Below, piece after piece: positions 27,224-39,954 of a stretch of DNA of 64,000 nt (position 1 is its first letter; each line of letters starts with the position of its first letter). Origin of the DNA: Octopus vulgaris (lineage: Eukaryota); NCBI GenBank assembly GCA_951406725.2, contig OX597836.1, forward strand, positions 40,610,001 through 40,674,000. Direction: 5' to 3'. The position numbers and the translations under genes were made by a program. The notes below the pieces were generated by a model, which searched no databases, was not told the origin of the DNA, and worked only from the letters and a program-made list of their open reading frames with translations.

Positions 27224-27464
27224 ATTTGAGTAAAAATGCATTAAAAAATTAAAGAATACATATATATTTATGTACGAACGTATAGATAGATAGATAGATA
27301 AGTTTCTTTATTGGCCACACAGGGCTGCACACAGATGGGACAAGTTACAAGGTAGAGCTTTTCTTTTGGGGGAGGAAAAAAAAAGGTGGCGTAGGTTTTC
27401 GATCAAAAAGGATCGTAAAAGGGAAAAAAGAACAAAACAAAAAAAAAGAAACAAAGAAAAAAAA

Positions 27465-27513
<49 letters not shown>

Positions 27514-27660
27514 ATGTGACCTGGGTGACAAGGAGGCGGCAGCCCGAAATATTTGGGAACCAATGATTTATACCATTTATAACCACCATTACTACCACTT
27601 CCATTAACACTAACATTCTCATCACTACTGACAGCACCACCAGACGGTGGTGCTGTCAGT

Positions 27661-29169
27661 AGTGAGCTTGTAGAATCGTTAGCACGCCGGGCGAAATGCG
27701 TTGCCGTATTTTGTCTGCCGTTACATTCTGAGTTCAAATTCCGCCGAGGTCGACTTTACCTTTCATCCTTTCGGGGTCGATAAATTAAGTACCAGTTACG
27801 CACTGGGGTCGATGTAATCGACTTAATCCGTTTGCCTGTCCTTGTTTGTCCCCTCTGTGTTTAGCTCCTTGTGGGTAGTAAAGAAATAGGTATTTCGTTT
27901 GCCGCTACGTTCTGAGTTCAAATTCCGCCGAGGTCGACTTTGCCTTTCATCCTTTCGGGGTCGATAAATTAAGTACCAGTTACGCACTGGGGTCAATGTA
28001 ATCGACTCAATCCGTTTTCCTGTCCTTCTTTGTCCCCTCTATGTTTAGCCCCTTGTGGGTAGTAAAGAAATAGGTATTTCGTCTGCCGTTATGTTCTGAG
28101 TTCAAATCCGCCGAGGTCAACTTTGCCTTCCATCCTTTCGGGGTCGATAAATTAAGTACCAGTTACGCACTGGGGTCGATGTAATCGACTTAATCCGTTT
28201 GCCTGTCCTTGTTTGTCCCCTCTGTGTTTAGCCCCTTGTGGGTAGTAAAGAAATAGGTATTTCGTCTGCCGATACGTTCTGAGTTCAAATTCCGCCGAGG
28301 TCGACTTTGCCTTTCATCCTTTCGGGATCGATAAATTAAGTACCAGTTACGCACTGAGGTCGGTATAATCAACTTAATCCGTTTGCCTGTCCTTGTTTGT
28401 CCCCTCTGTGTTTAGCCCCTTGTGGGTAGTAAAGAAATAGGTATTTCGTCTGTCTTTACGTTCTGAGTTCAAATTCCGCCAAGGTCGACTTTGCCTTTCG
28501 TCCTTTCGGGGTCGATAAATTAAGTACCAGTTACGCACTGGGGTCGATGTAATCGACTTAATCCGTTTGCCTGTCCTTGTTTGTCCCCTCTGTGTTTAGC
28601 CCCTTGTGGGTAGTAAAGAAATAGGTATTTCGTTTGCCGCTACGTTCTGAGTTCAAATTCCGCCGAGGTCGACTTTGCCTTTCATCCTTTCGGGGTCGAT
28701 AAATTAAGTACCAGTTACGCACTGGGGTCGATGTAATCGACTTAATCCGTTTGCCTGTCCTTGTTTGTCCCCTCTGTGTTTAGCCCCTTGTGGGTAGTAA
28801 AGAAATAGGTATTTCGTCTGTCTTTACGTTCTGAGTTCAAATTCCGCCAAGGTCGACTTTGCCTTTCGTCCTTTCGGGGTCGATAAATTAAGCACCAGTT
28901 GCGTACTGGGGTCGATCTAATGGATTGGCCCCCTCTCCCAGAATTTCGAACCTTGTGCCTAGAGTAGAAAAGAAATGCTTAGCGGTATTTCGTCAGCCGT
29001 TATGTTCTGAGTTCAAATTCCACCGAGTTTGACTTTTGCCTTTCATCCTTTCTGGGTCGATTAAATAAGTACCAGTTACGCACTGGGGTCGATGTAATCG
29101 ACTTAATCTCTTTGTTTGTCCTTGTTTGTCCCCCCTATGTTTAGCCTCCTGGGGCCAACAAAGAAATAA
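27661..29169 (+). mobile_element. SINE family B, eight-unit tandem array
   Basis: Junctions at 27889, 28073, 28256, 28440, 28624 and 28808 (period 183-184). The 7th unit has an alternative tail. Confidence 0.92.
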
Positions 29170-29184
29170 ACTCTCTCCCTTGTC

Positions 29185-30290
29185 GTCACCAAAACTACCA
29201 CTACCACCAACACCATCAGTACCATCACTATCACCACCACTAATACCATCGCCACCACCACCATCACCACCAACGTCACTACCACCACCACCACCACCAC
29301 TACCTCAAACATCACTACCAGCAGTACCACTACCACTATTACCAACACCAATACCACTAACACGACAAACACCACTACTACCAATACCACAACGCTAAAT
29401 TTAACCACTACACTTAATACTACCACTGCCAATACTACTTCCGACACCACAGCACTAAATACAACCAGCACACTTAACACTACCACCGCTACCATGAACA
29501 CCAACATCACCAGCATGCTACTTCCAAAGCCACTACCGCCTACACCACAGCTGTACATAGAAACACTACAACTACTGCCACAAGCGCCTCCACTGTATAT
29601 CAACTACTACCAACGTTACATACCACCACTATCACCACTACTACCACAACTACTAACACCAACACTACAACCACTACCACGAGCACGACCACTATATATC
29701 AACAACTACCACCGCTACATACTGCTACATACCACCCTATATACCACTACCACCGCCACATACCACTACTACTGCCACTACTACCCAACCACTGCAGCCA
29801 ACACTACAAGCACTATCACGAGCAATGACACTATATATCAACTATTACCACCGCCACACTACCACTACCATTGCTACATGCCACTACTATCGCCACATAC
29901 CACTACCACCACCATATACCACTACGTCCGATGCATGTTACTACCACCACCACATACCACTACCACCGCCACATACCACTACCATCGCTACATACCACTA
30001 CTACCACCACATGCCATTACCACCGCCACATACCACTACCACCACCACATACTACTACTACCGCTACATACCACTACCACCGCCATATACCACTACCACC
30101 GCCACACACCACTACCACCGCCACTACTACCCAACCACTGCCACCAACAGCACAGCCACTATCACAAGCACAACCACTATAAATCAACTACTGCCACCGT
30201 TACATACCAGCACTACCGCTACATACAAACACCAACACTACCACCAACACCACAGCATTACACATCAACCACTACTAGTGCTGCGTACCA
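29185..30290. repeat. (ACC/ACT)-rich cryptic minisatellite with ACATACCACTACCACCGCC-type units
   Basis: Direct inspection; explains the H/T/P/Y-rich ORFs. Confidence 0.9.
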
Positions 30291-30724
30291 ACACCAAGCG
30301 CTTTGACATCACCCAATAACAACATGAGTGACGTCTGGTGATACAAGTACATATGCACTGTATTAGGTCGTACGGTGTTCTATTTATAGAATCAGTCTTT
30401 GAGAAATATTGTTTTCTAGTGATTAGAATGGTATGCTAATGTAGCAGAAGCCTGGTGTTGTTTCAGTTGCATGTAGTTGGTCAGACATACCTATGTCTAT
30501 CTCAGTGTTATACATATGAACAATGTGTTGTGGTGTGAATCAAAGGTCGACCTGATGGTTATCGGAGATAGAGAGAACAGCGAGGGAGAATTAGTGAGAT
30601 GGAGTGAACGTGCGAAGGAGGGAGAGTAGAGAGTTGCGTGGGGGCAGAGGGAGAGGAAATGGTGTTGCATCACTTTTTAAGCAGATTTATCAGTGTGTTT
30701 ATGAAGTGTGTCTCTATGTGCGTG

Positions 30725-30788
<64 letters not shown>

Positions 30789-30799
30789 TGTATGCATAT

Positions 30800-30916
30800 G
30801 GCACAGGTATGGCTGTGTGGTTTAAGAAGCGCGTTTCGCAACCAATGTTTTGTGAGTGAATTTGGGCAACGGAAACTGTGTGGAAGCCCGTAATGTTTGC
30901 ATATGTGCGTATGCGA

Positions 30917-30949
<33 letters not shown>

Positions 30950-31150
30950 TGTGTGTGCGTGCGTGTATGCATATGACACAGCGATGGCTGTGTGGTTAAG
31001 AAGCGCGTTTCGCAACCACGTGCTTTAGGGTTCAGCTCTCCACTGCGCAGCACCTTAAGCAAATACCTTCTACAATAGCTCCGGACCGACCAATGTTTTG
31101 TGAGTGAATTTGGGCAACGGAAACTGTGCGGAAGCCCGTAATGCTTGCAT
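30800..31150 (+). mobile_element. Two locally duplicated, decayed SINE family A 5' halves
   Basis: TGGCTGTGTGGTT..AAGCGCGTTTCGCAACCA and CCAATGTTTTGTGAGTGAATTTGGGCAACGGAAACTG each occur twice. Confidence 0.7.
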
Positions 31151-31254
31151 ATGTGCGTGTGCGATCTTTACAGCTGCTACTAATCCGAACCAAAGAACAA
31201 TAGTGACTAAAATATGGTTCCTCAAAACCCTAGAACACTCAAACTAGGACCCTT

Positions 31255-31294
<40 letters not shown>

Positions 31295-31298
<4 letters not shown>

Positions 31299-31952
31299 TG
31301 TTCGACCGTAAGTGCCTAGAAACTAGTTTCAAGAAGTCTCTCCCTATATTAGATTTTATTGCAATGTTAAATGCCGGATTAAACCAAAAAACTTTCCTAG
31401 ATCTACTTCTATTGGTTCTTTTATTGCTAGTAGCGCTTTGACTATACAGTATCTTCTCCGAGAATCCGCTTTTCTTTAATGCATTATTATAATACAGCGT
31501 GGCAGGAGGCGCAATGGCCCAGTGGTTAGGGCAGCGGACTCGCGGTCGTGAGTGTTTATTGAGCGAAAACACCTAAAGCTCCACGAGGCTCTGGCAGGGA
31601 TGGTGGTGATCCCTGCTGTACTCTTTCACCACAACTTTCTCTCACTCTTACTTTCTATTTCTGTTGTACCTGTATTTCAAAGGGCCGGCCTTGTCACGCT
31701 GAATACCCCCCCCCCCGAGAATTACATTAAGGGTACACGTGTCTGTGGAGTGCTCAGCCACTTACACGTTAATTTCACGAGCAGGCTGTTCCGTTGATCG
31801 GATCAACCGGAACCCTCATCGTCGTAACCGACGGAGTGCTTCCACAATACGGCGTGGCATTTTGAAACGCTATCTCACCTGCAGATATGGATGATATGCG
31901 CTTTCCTATATTACTAACTAAATTCTTGAATATAACGGGTGGTTGATTAGAC
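31295..31952 (-). pseudogene. Penelope-like RT thumb/linker fragment interrupted by a SINE
   Basis: SNQPPVIFKNLVSNIGKRISSISAGEIAFQNATPY joins YNNALKKSGFSEKILY..RSRSRKVFWFNPAFNIAIKSNIGRDFLKLVSRH, matching the PLE motifs SNHPP and WFNPPF..NIG..FL.L...HF. Confidence 0.85.
31505..31845 (+). mobile_element. SINE family C (tail type 1)
   Basis: 14-bp TSD AATACAGCGTGGCA (31491-31504) / AATACGGCGTGGCA (31846-31859). Confidence 0.92.
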
Positions 31953-32234
31953 TATTATTATAATAAAAGCTTACATTTGTTTTTAATTAAACTTATTTTA
32001 CCATTAATTAATTTATTCTGGGTATATACGTTTTTTTTTTTTTTTCCTTTAACTACTGTCATTTTTGAAATTTTGATTTTTGATTTAAAATTTTCTTCGA
32101 TCTCACATAATACGATTAGAAAAAAACCGTTAGTCGAAAGGACCAATCAAAAGAAACCAATTTCAAATGTGTAACTGTCAATGTCAATTGTATATTTTAT
32201 ACATACAAACTTTATTTTGTTCCATTCTCAATCT

Positions 32235-32280
32235 AAACTGTCCGACGAACAGCAACGTGAAACTCTTGAGTAGCAAGTTT
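32235..32280 (+). ncRNA. Degenerate minimal HHR in a pLTR inverted relative to the adjacent PLE fragment
   Basis: AAACUGU-CCGACGA-AC agcaac GU-GAAA-CUC uu GAG-UA-GCAAGUUU; U4C substitution and a 2-bp stem II. Confidence 0.45.
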
Positions 32281-32324
32281 TTTGTGATATTTGTGTGATG
32301 TTTTGCAGCTTTAATAATTATAAA

Positions 32325-32413
<89 letters not shown>

Positions 32414-32426
32414 CATATATATATAC

Positions 32427-32458
<32 letters not shown>

Positions 32459-32562
32459 GAAATGAGGTGATCAGAAGATCGGATGGTTCATATTTATAGA
32501 TATTTATTTATATATTACATTTTTTACATATATATATCATATCATTCAGATCATATCATTCA

Positions 32563-32608
32563 GATTATTAGCGCTTTCTCCCATTCTAGTGGGGTTTTCA
32601 AATCAAAT
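32563..32608 (-). ncRNA. Minimal HHR motif, U3-A8 variant
   Basis: Minus strand UGAU-UUGAAAA-C CCCA cuagaa UGGG A-GAAA-GCGC-UA-AUAA; stem I is weak. Confidence 0.5.
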
Positions 32609-32631
32609 TATATATATATATACTATATATG

Positions 32632-32941
32632 TGGAGGCGCAATGGCCCAGTGGTTAGGGCAGCGGACTCGCAGTCGTAGGATCGCGGTTTCGATTCCCAG
32701 ACCGGGCGTTGTGAGTGTTTATTGAGCGAAAACACCTAAAGCTCCACGAAGCTCCGGCAGGGGGTATTGGCGATCCCTGCTGTACTCTTTCGCCACAACT
32801 TTCTCTCACCCTTTCTTCTGTTGGCCTTCTCGCTTAGCCAGCGGGGTGGCGTCATTTGAAGGCTAAAACAATGCGAAGCACATTGTGACCAGAGATGTGT
32901 AGCAACATATGTTAGCCTGGTCGGTAACGTGATCACGTGAT
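32632..32941 (+). mobile_element. SINE family C head with tail type 2
   Basis: Same tRNA head and body up to CACAACTTTCTCTCAC, then an unrelated 3' sequence. Confidence 0.8.
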
Positions 32942-32944
32942 ATA

Positions 32945-34013
32945 CATACTACCTATGTGGAAAGTCAGTGTGTGTTTCTTTGTGGCATTGTTACCTACTC
33001 CTACATCGTTCAATTTTGATGATCGTGTAACATACTTAGATTGTTGAAAAAATCGATAATACGGCCCCTGGAAGGGGCCTTTATATCTGCCTCAAATAAT
33101 AATTTTTTAAAACACCCAAGGGAAATAACCCATTTCATTGTTTCTGTTCGGTTACTTTGAACATTGATTTTTTGTGTGTGCTATTTCTAATTTTTGCAGA
33201 CAATATCACTTTTATACTTTATTTTATACGTGAGTAGAACTCACGTCTAGAAACCTCGTGAAATACTTTGATTATTGAAAAAAATTGATAATAGGGCCCT
33301 TCCAATGGATCCTTCTATCTACTACATATTACTAATATTTAAACAACCCAAGGGAAATAACCCATACCACATGCAGATTTTAGCGAAGCGATCAATATTT
33401 CATTCTCACGATCAGCCGATCTAATTCTGCATTTCACTACTCACAATTTTGAACTGCTAAACATTATTATTGCACTTCCTTAATTTGATTCTTAAGCATT
33501 AAGGACTTCATTCATACATTTTTATAGATACATACTTTTTTTGAATGCCCATTACTCCAATAATTATACATTTTTACAGTTACACTTTTTCCATAACAAT
33601 AAATACATGTTTTATTCCACAGCCTATTTGTAGTGGCTTCATGCAGGCATAGCGTGGATTCGATCTTCGATTGCCAAATTTCACTTAACACTTCAACAGC
33701 GCTTTTCTCGTGGTGAAACAGTAGTTTTTCTGGGAATGACAGCAGTTATACATTTCCCAAATGACTTCGCCAAGCAGAATAATGTCTTTGCCTCCCGACA
33801 ACCTCCGGAAACCTCTCTCACTAACCTCCAACAATCTCTCCCTCCTCCAGCCCCTTCTACAGCTGACAGTTTTTTTTATACTTTTTTGTACTTTATCGTG
33901 GCGGAAAATACACCTTTTGTGTCAGTTATAACAAAATAGTTTTCTTATATAAGACTAATAAGGCGTTTCAATAGAACATCTTTAACCCCAGGAATTACCG
34001 ATTACACCAGCTA

Positions 34014-34014
<1 letters not shown>
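32945..34014 (+). mobile_element. Probable old non-autonomous Helitron
   Basis: Ends in CTAG followed by T; internal ~100-bp duplication (33040-33135 vs 33275-33365). The 5' end and subterminal hairpin are degenerate. Confidence 0.4.
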
Positions 34015-34086
<72 letters not shown>

Positions 34087-34391
34087 ATACAAATAAGAAA
34101 ATGGAGAAACAAATTTAGTTTGTTCATCAACTTTCAGATATTATAGTGTTGGATTATTTATTCATTTAACAAAATGAGAACATCAATAGCATACATATAT
34201 ATCTTATAATTCAATATATATAAGATAAGAATACAAATTATAAAAGTCATAATATGAATTATTGAAATCATTAAAATCACTTCTTACAGCTGTTTCAGCC
34301 TATGATTAAAAGTAGTTAATTTTATTTTCATTGCCTATATGTGTCAACATACTGAGGTTGTAGGCATTTAAAAATATGGTACTTATATATA

Positions 34392-34795
34392 TCTTTATAT
34401 ATAAAAGTCAAGTTGTGTGTCTGTCTCCTACGATTTAGATTCCTAACTACTCCCACATTTTGCGGTGCAGTTTAACCAAAACCGGGTATCTTATAGTCGT
34501 GATTCATATCGAGCCCTTCTGGGTATTAGCGCGCGTCTACGATGAGTCTACGATTTAAAAAAAATTTACCATCATTTTTTCCATTTTAATGCAACAATTT
34601 TTTTCGATATTATATAAGGGAAGTAGCTCTCTTAAAATGTCTACGATGAGTCAACGATTTTTAAAAAAAATTTACCATCATTTTTTCCATTTTTAATGCA
34701 TTTTTTTTTTTTTGCTATTTTTTGCCTATAACTCTAAAAATGCTTATATAGTTATTTCCCTTACAAACCCGAGCAACGCCGGGCGATACTGCTAG
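34392..34795 (+). mobile_element. Non-autonomous Helitron
   Basis: A|TCTTTATATATAAAAG start, subterminal hairpin CCCG(A)GC aac GCCGGG, CTAG|T end, no TSD, internal duplication. Confidence 0.85.
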
Positions 34796-34846
34796 TATAT
34801 AATAAACGCTAACTTCATATAACTTCGTACTTCGTTTCTTTTGCAG

Positions 34847-35104
34847 AAAATGGTTACGTGGAATATGATGAATTCCTAACAATGATGCAGAGATTCTCAC
34901 AACATAGCCTAGTAACTGCTTCGACTGTAGACGAGAAAACGCGAGAGGCATTCAGAGTGTTCGATATAGACGGAAATGGTTACATAGATAAACAGGAACT
35001 GCAGCAGGTGATGAAACGCCTTGGAGAGAATATCTCAGAGGAAGATGTTAAAGAAATGTTCCGGGAAGCAGATCTCAATAATGATGGAAGAATAGACTTT
35101 AACG
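34847..35104 (+). CDS. Calmodulin-like protein, exon with end of EF2, linker, EF3 and most of EF4
   Basis: tttcttttgcag acceptor, G|gtaatg donor, phase 1-1, in frame with 2646-2789. Encodes ENGYVEYDEFLTMMQRFSQHSLVTASTVDEKTREAFRVFDIDGNGYIDKQELQQVMKRLGENISEEDVKEMFREADLNNDGRIDFN. Confidence 0.95.
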
Positions 35105-35121
35105 GTAATGTTTTATATATC

Positions 35122-35356
35122 TTACTCTTTTTTTTTCTCTCTTTTTTACTTGTTTCAGTCATTTGACTGCGGCCATGCTGGAACACCGCCTTTAGTCGAG
35201 CAAATCGACCCCAGGACTTATTCTTTGTAAGCCTAGTACTTAGTCTATCGGTCTCTTTTGCCGAACCGCTAAGTAACGGGGAGGTAAACACACCAGCATC
35301 GGTTGTCAAGTGATGTTGGGGGTGGGGGACAAACACAAACACACAAACATATATAA

Positions 35357-35403
<47 letters not shown>

Positions 35404-35568
35404 TACGAAAGCTTCTTTCAGTTTCCGTCTACCAAATCCACTCACAAAGCTTTGGTCGGCCCGAGGCTATAGTAGAAGACACTTGCCCAAGGTGCTACGC
35501 AGTGGGACTGAGCCCGGAACCATGTGGTTGGTAAGCAAGCTACATACTACACAGCCACTCCTACGCCT
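35122..35568 (-). mobile_element. SINE family A
   Basis: Family match; its tail ends ~17 nt from the exon donor. Confidence 0.9.
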
Positions 35569-35656
35569 ATATATATATATATATTCTGTAAATATCATTG
35601 AGTGTTGAACCAAAATTGAGCATCGAACGTTTGATTACGTTTTAACCAAAGCGTTA

Positions 35657-35725
<69 letters not shown>

Positions 35726-36059
35726 GTGATGATGAAATATTAATGAAATGTTGAATGTTTTGGTGTGTGACTTTTGCCCCACCCTGTAGAATCTACAATT
35801 TGTTTATGAGTACATGGGATTGGGCGTGTGCAAGATCATGAGGAAGAGTGGCACACCCACAATTGACTATTTAAACCGATCTCTTTCTTTCCTGCCTGCA
35901 CCTAGTAGTTACAACATGAGAGTCATTGCACGCAGTTCGATCCTGCTCTGTAGACTTGAAAGGTCTGATACAGTGGCTCAAGCAAGCTAAGACAGTGAAC
36001 GGCAAGCCACAGGTTTTACATTGGAGTAGGCCTTCTCCTAGAAGAACCGCCCAACCCTA

Positions 36060-36950
36060 AGTGTGGTCTGTCGATATGGTTTGTAGGTATGGCCTGGGGT
36101 ATGATCTGTGGATGTTATCTGTGGGCATGATTTGTGGATGTGAACTGTTGGAGTGCTCTATGGGTGTGATCTGTGGGTGTGGTCCGTACGAGTAGTTTGT
36201 GGGAGTGGTCTGTGGCTATGACCTATGGGTAAATCTGTTGGTACAATTTGTGAGTGTGGTCTGTGGGCATGATATGTATTTGTGGTCTGAATGTGGCTTG
36301 TGGGTGTTTGTCTGTAGGCGTGGTCTGTAGGTGTGATTTGTAGGTGTGCTCTATGGATGTCATCTGTGGTTGTGGCCTGTGGCCTGTGGCTATGATCTAT
36401 GGGTTACAATTTGTGAGTGTGGTCTGTGGGCATGATCTGTATTTGTGGTCTGAGTGTGGCTTGTGGGTGTTTGTCTGTAGGCGTGGTCTGTAGGTGTGAT
36501 TTGTAGGTGTGCTCTATGGATGTCATCTGTGGTTGTGGCCTGTGGCCTGTGGCTATGATCTATGGGTTACAATTTGTGAGTGTGGTCTGTGGGCATGATC
36601 TGTATTTGTGGTCTGAGTGTGGCTTGTGGGTGTTTGTCTGTAGGCGTGGTCTGTAGGTGTGATTTGTAGGTGTGCTCTATGGATGTCATCTGTGGTTGTG
36701 GCCTGTGGCCTGTGGCTATGATCTATGGGTTACAATTTGTGAGTGTGGTCTGTGGGCATGATCTGTATTTGTGGTCTGAATGTGGCTTGTGGGTGTTTGT
36801 CCGTAGGTGTGGTCTGTTGGTGTGATTTGCAGGTGTGCTCTGGAGATGTGGTCTGTGGGTGTGATGTGTGGGATTTGGTCTGCGGGCATGACGTGTGGGT
36901 GTGATCTGTGGGGTTTGGTCTGCGGGCATGACGTGTGGGTGTGGTCTGTT
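36060..36950. repeat. TGTGGTCTGTGGG-type minisatellite with 163-bp higher-order repeat
   Basis: TACAATTTGTGAGTGTGG recurs at 36242, 36405, 36568 and 36731. Confidence 0.9.
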
Positions 36951-37061
36951 ACGTGCTATTCTATGCTTTTGAAGTTGCGGTTTATTGCAAAGACATAAAT
37001 ATTGGCTCATAGGTTCGCAAACATTCTAACACGCAGACATACGCTCTAACAGACACATACA

Positions 37062-37102
<41 letters not shown>

Positions 37103-37174
37103 ACATACATACACACACAAACATACATATTGCTTTCTATTATTTCATGGTCATCTTCTTTCTTCTTATTGCAG

Positions 37175-37212
37175 AATTTCGTCAACTGCTGGGTTCCTGT
37201 AAATTGAAATAA
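37175..37212 (+). CDS. Calmodulin-like protein, terminal coding exon
   Basis: cttctttcttcttattgcag acceptor, phase 1; encodes (E)FRQLLGSCKLK*. It supplies Glu12 of EF4 and the EF exit helix at the conserved last calmodulin intron position. Confidence 0.88.
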
Positions 37213-38025
37213 TTGCCGAAGAGATGAATTATTTATGATACACACTCACCTCTCCCTATGTTCCCACCCCATATACCCGTCTCACTAAAGAAGAGAAAAC
37301 CTTTTTGAAAAAAAAAATATTTAATTTTTTTTTTTTTTTAATAACCTCCAACTATCACTACCAGCACCATCGATGCCACCACCGCCACCACCAGCACCAC
37401 CACCAGCACAACGGAAACGAACAATTATCCTGAGAAATGATGATGGTGATGAGAAGGAGGAGGAGAAGAATATTGAATGACGGTGGTGGTGATGGTGGTG
37501 GTGGCGGTGGCGGTGGTGGCGGTGGTGGTGGTGGTGGTGGTGGTGGTGGTGGTGGTGGTGGTGGCGACGATGATGTTAATAAATTCAAACCAAAAGAACT
37601 AATTCAAAACAAAACAAAACAAAACAAAAAAAACATACCCCTATCCACCCGTGGCACACTGTGCCGCATCACATCGTGCACCATGTGCTATATATATATA
37701 TTGTGCTATATAGCGTATTAGTAACTGAAACCGAACCGAACCGAACTTAACCGAACTTAACCGAACTCATCCGAATTTAACAGAACTGAAACCTACCAAC
37801 GGAATGTGCAACCAGCCACTAGAAACCACCAACCAACTGAGCAGCCAGCCAGCCAGCCAGCCAGCCACCTAGCCTAATGATTATCTCCCCCTCTTCCTCC
37901 ACTTCCTGTTTATCGTTTTCTTCGACACATCTACTCACACCGCCACTCACCCACCTCCGCCTTCCACTTCCCGTTGTTGATCTGATCTGTAAAACTGATG
38001 TTCCTGCAAACCTCACGCATACACA

Positions 38026-38087
<62 letters not shown>

Positions 38088-38126
38088 CATACAGACATAC
38101 ATACAGACAAGAATGCGTTTATGTAA

Positions 38127-38167
<41 letters not shown>

Positions 38168-38985
38168 TATGTGTGTATATACATACACACACATGCACAT
38201 AAGCACACACACACAAATAAAATAAAATATATATATATATACACATACATATATGTATGTACACATACATACATATATAAACGCGCACACACACACACAT
38301 ACACATACACACTCACTAACAAACATATGTCACACATAATTACGTAACACTTATGCACAAATATAAACACACGCATGCCTGCACAAACACGCAGACGCAT
38401 ACACAAATATATCCACGCGCATATACACACACTCACACACACACACACACAAACACACACTCACACTCACATACACGAATATACAAAGGCATGAACATAT
38501 ACACACACTCAGACACACACACTCAGAGACACACACACACACACGAACATACAAAGACACACACACACACGTACACACACATACACACTTTCCACTCCTC
38601 CCTCTCTCCCACTCTACCTCATAGTTCTCCTCCATGTTTGTTTGTTTTTTGGTGTTTTCTTCATGTTTTTCTGGTGGTGTTTTGTTTTGATTTATATTTG
38701 AGGGGGGATTTTCAGGGGGTTTTTTTTTGGGTTTTTTTTTTTCAAAAGACAATTGGTTAAGTAAAACTGGTTGGCTGGTATGGTGGTTGGGTGGCCAGAT
38801 GGATGGATGGGAAGGTAGGGGGCGGTAGGAGTATGTTTTTGTTCTTTTTCTTTTTCTTTTTCCTAAGAGGAGTAAGGTGAGGGGGGTAAAGAAGAAGAAA
38901 GAGAAGTCGGAGAGATATAAAATAATCTACTTTTTTCTCTCTCTCTCTCTTCCTCTCACTCTCTCTACCCCCTCTCTCACCTTCA

Positions 38986-39034
<49 letters not shown>

Positions 39035-39736
39035 CCTCTCGCTCTTTCTCACTCTTTCTTCTTCCTCCGTCACTCTCCTCCCTCCAACTCACACACCATC
39101 CGCACAAGAGCCACCGACATCACCAACATTAGCCCCATCACCACCACCACCACCACCATAACTGCTACTACTTCTGCTGCTGCTGCTGCTGCTGCCCCTA
39201 TTACTACTACTTCTGCTACTACTACGACGATTACTAACTGTTATTGTTAGTACTATTGCTGTTCCTATTACTAACACTACCATCATTGCTACTACCACGA
39301 TTCCTACTACCACTACTACTACTACTACTACTAACATTACTGCTGCCGCTACAGCCACTACCGTATAACCAAACACTAGAGACACCACCAACTCTACAAC
39401 TTCCAGCACTTTCTACCTTGGTTACGCATATCCTTGCATATACAGCTTCAATATATACACATACGCATACACATACGCATACACACACGCACATACACAC
39501 ACACACACACAAACACATACTCACAAATACAAACGTAGGATTTCTTTACGGTCGCCGACGCTTGTACAACAAGTGGCTTCTATAACCATGGCCATCACTG
39601 CCTAACAGCTTCCAAAACATGGGCACTGACGCGACGAACACTGTCCTGTCCAGGGCTTACCTCGTTTTTAACGGTACCAATACCAACACCTACCTACCCA
39701 AACATACGTATATCTACATACATATATGTATGTATG

Positions 39737-39854
<118 letters not shown>

Positions 39855-39954
39855 AGAAGAAAATGGATATAATAACAATGGGAAACTCATGGTTTACGCT
39901 GGTATGTCTTTAATTAAATAGGTAGCAAAGAAGGAAGAAGCAGAGATGAGGGTA

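Noticed and set aside
27661-29169. Regularly spaced repeats as a CRISPR array
   Set aside because: Whole 184-bp units repeat with no unique spacers; the context is eukaryotic and there are no cas genes.
35790-35809. Alternative terminal exon for the calmodulin-like gene (ctgtag|AA TCT ACA.., ESTICL*)
   Set aside because: It lacks the conserved Phe after Glu12 and has a weaker acceptor than 37175.
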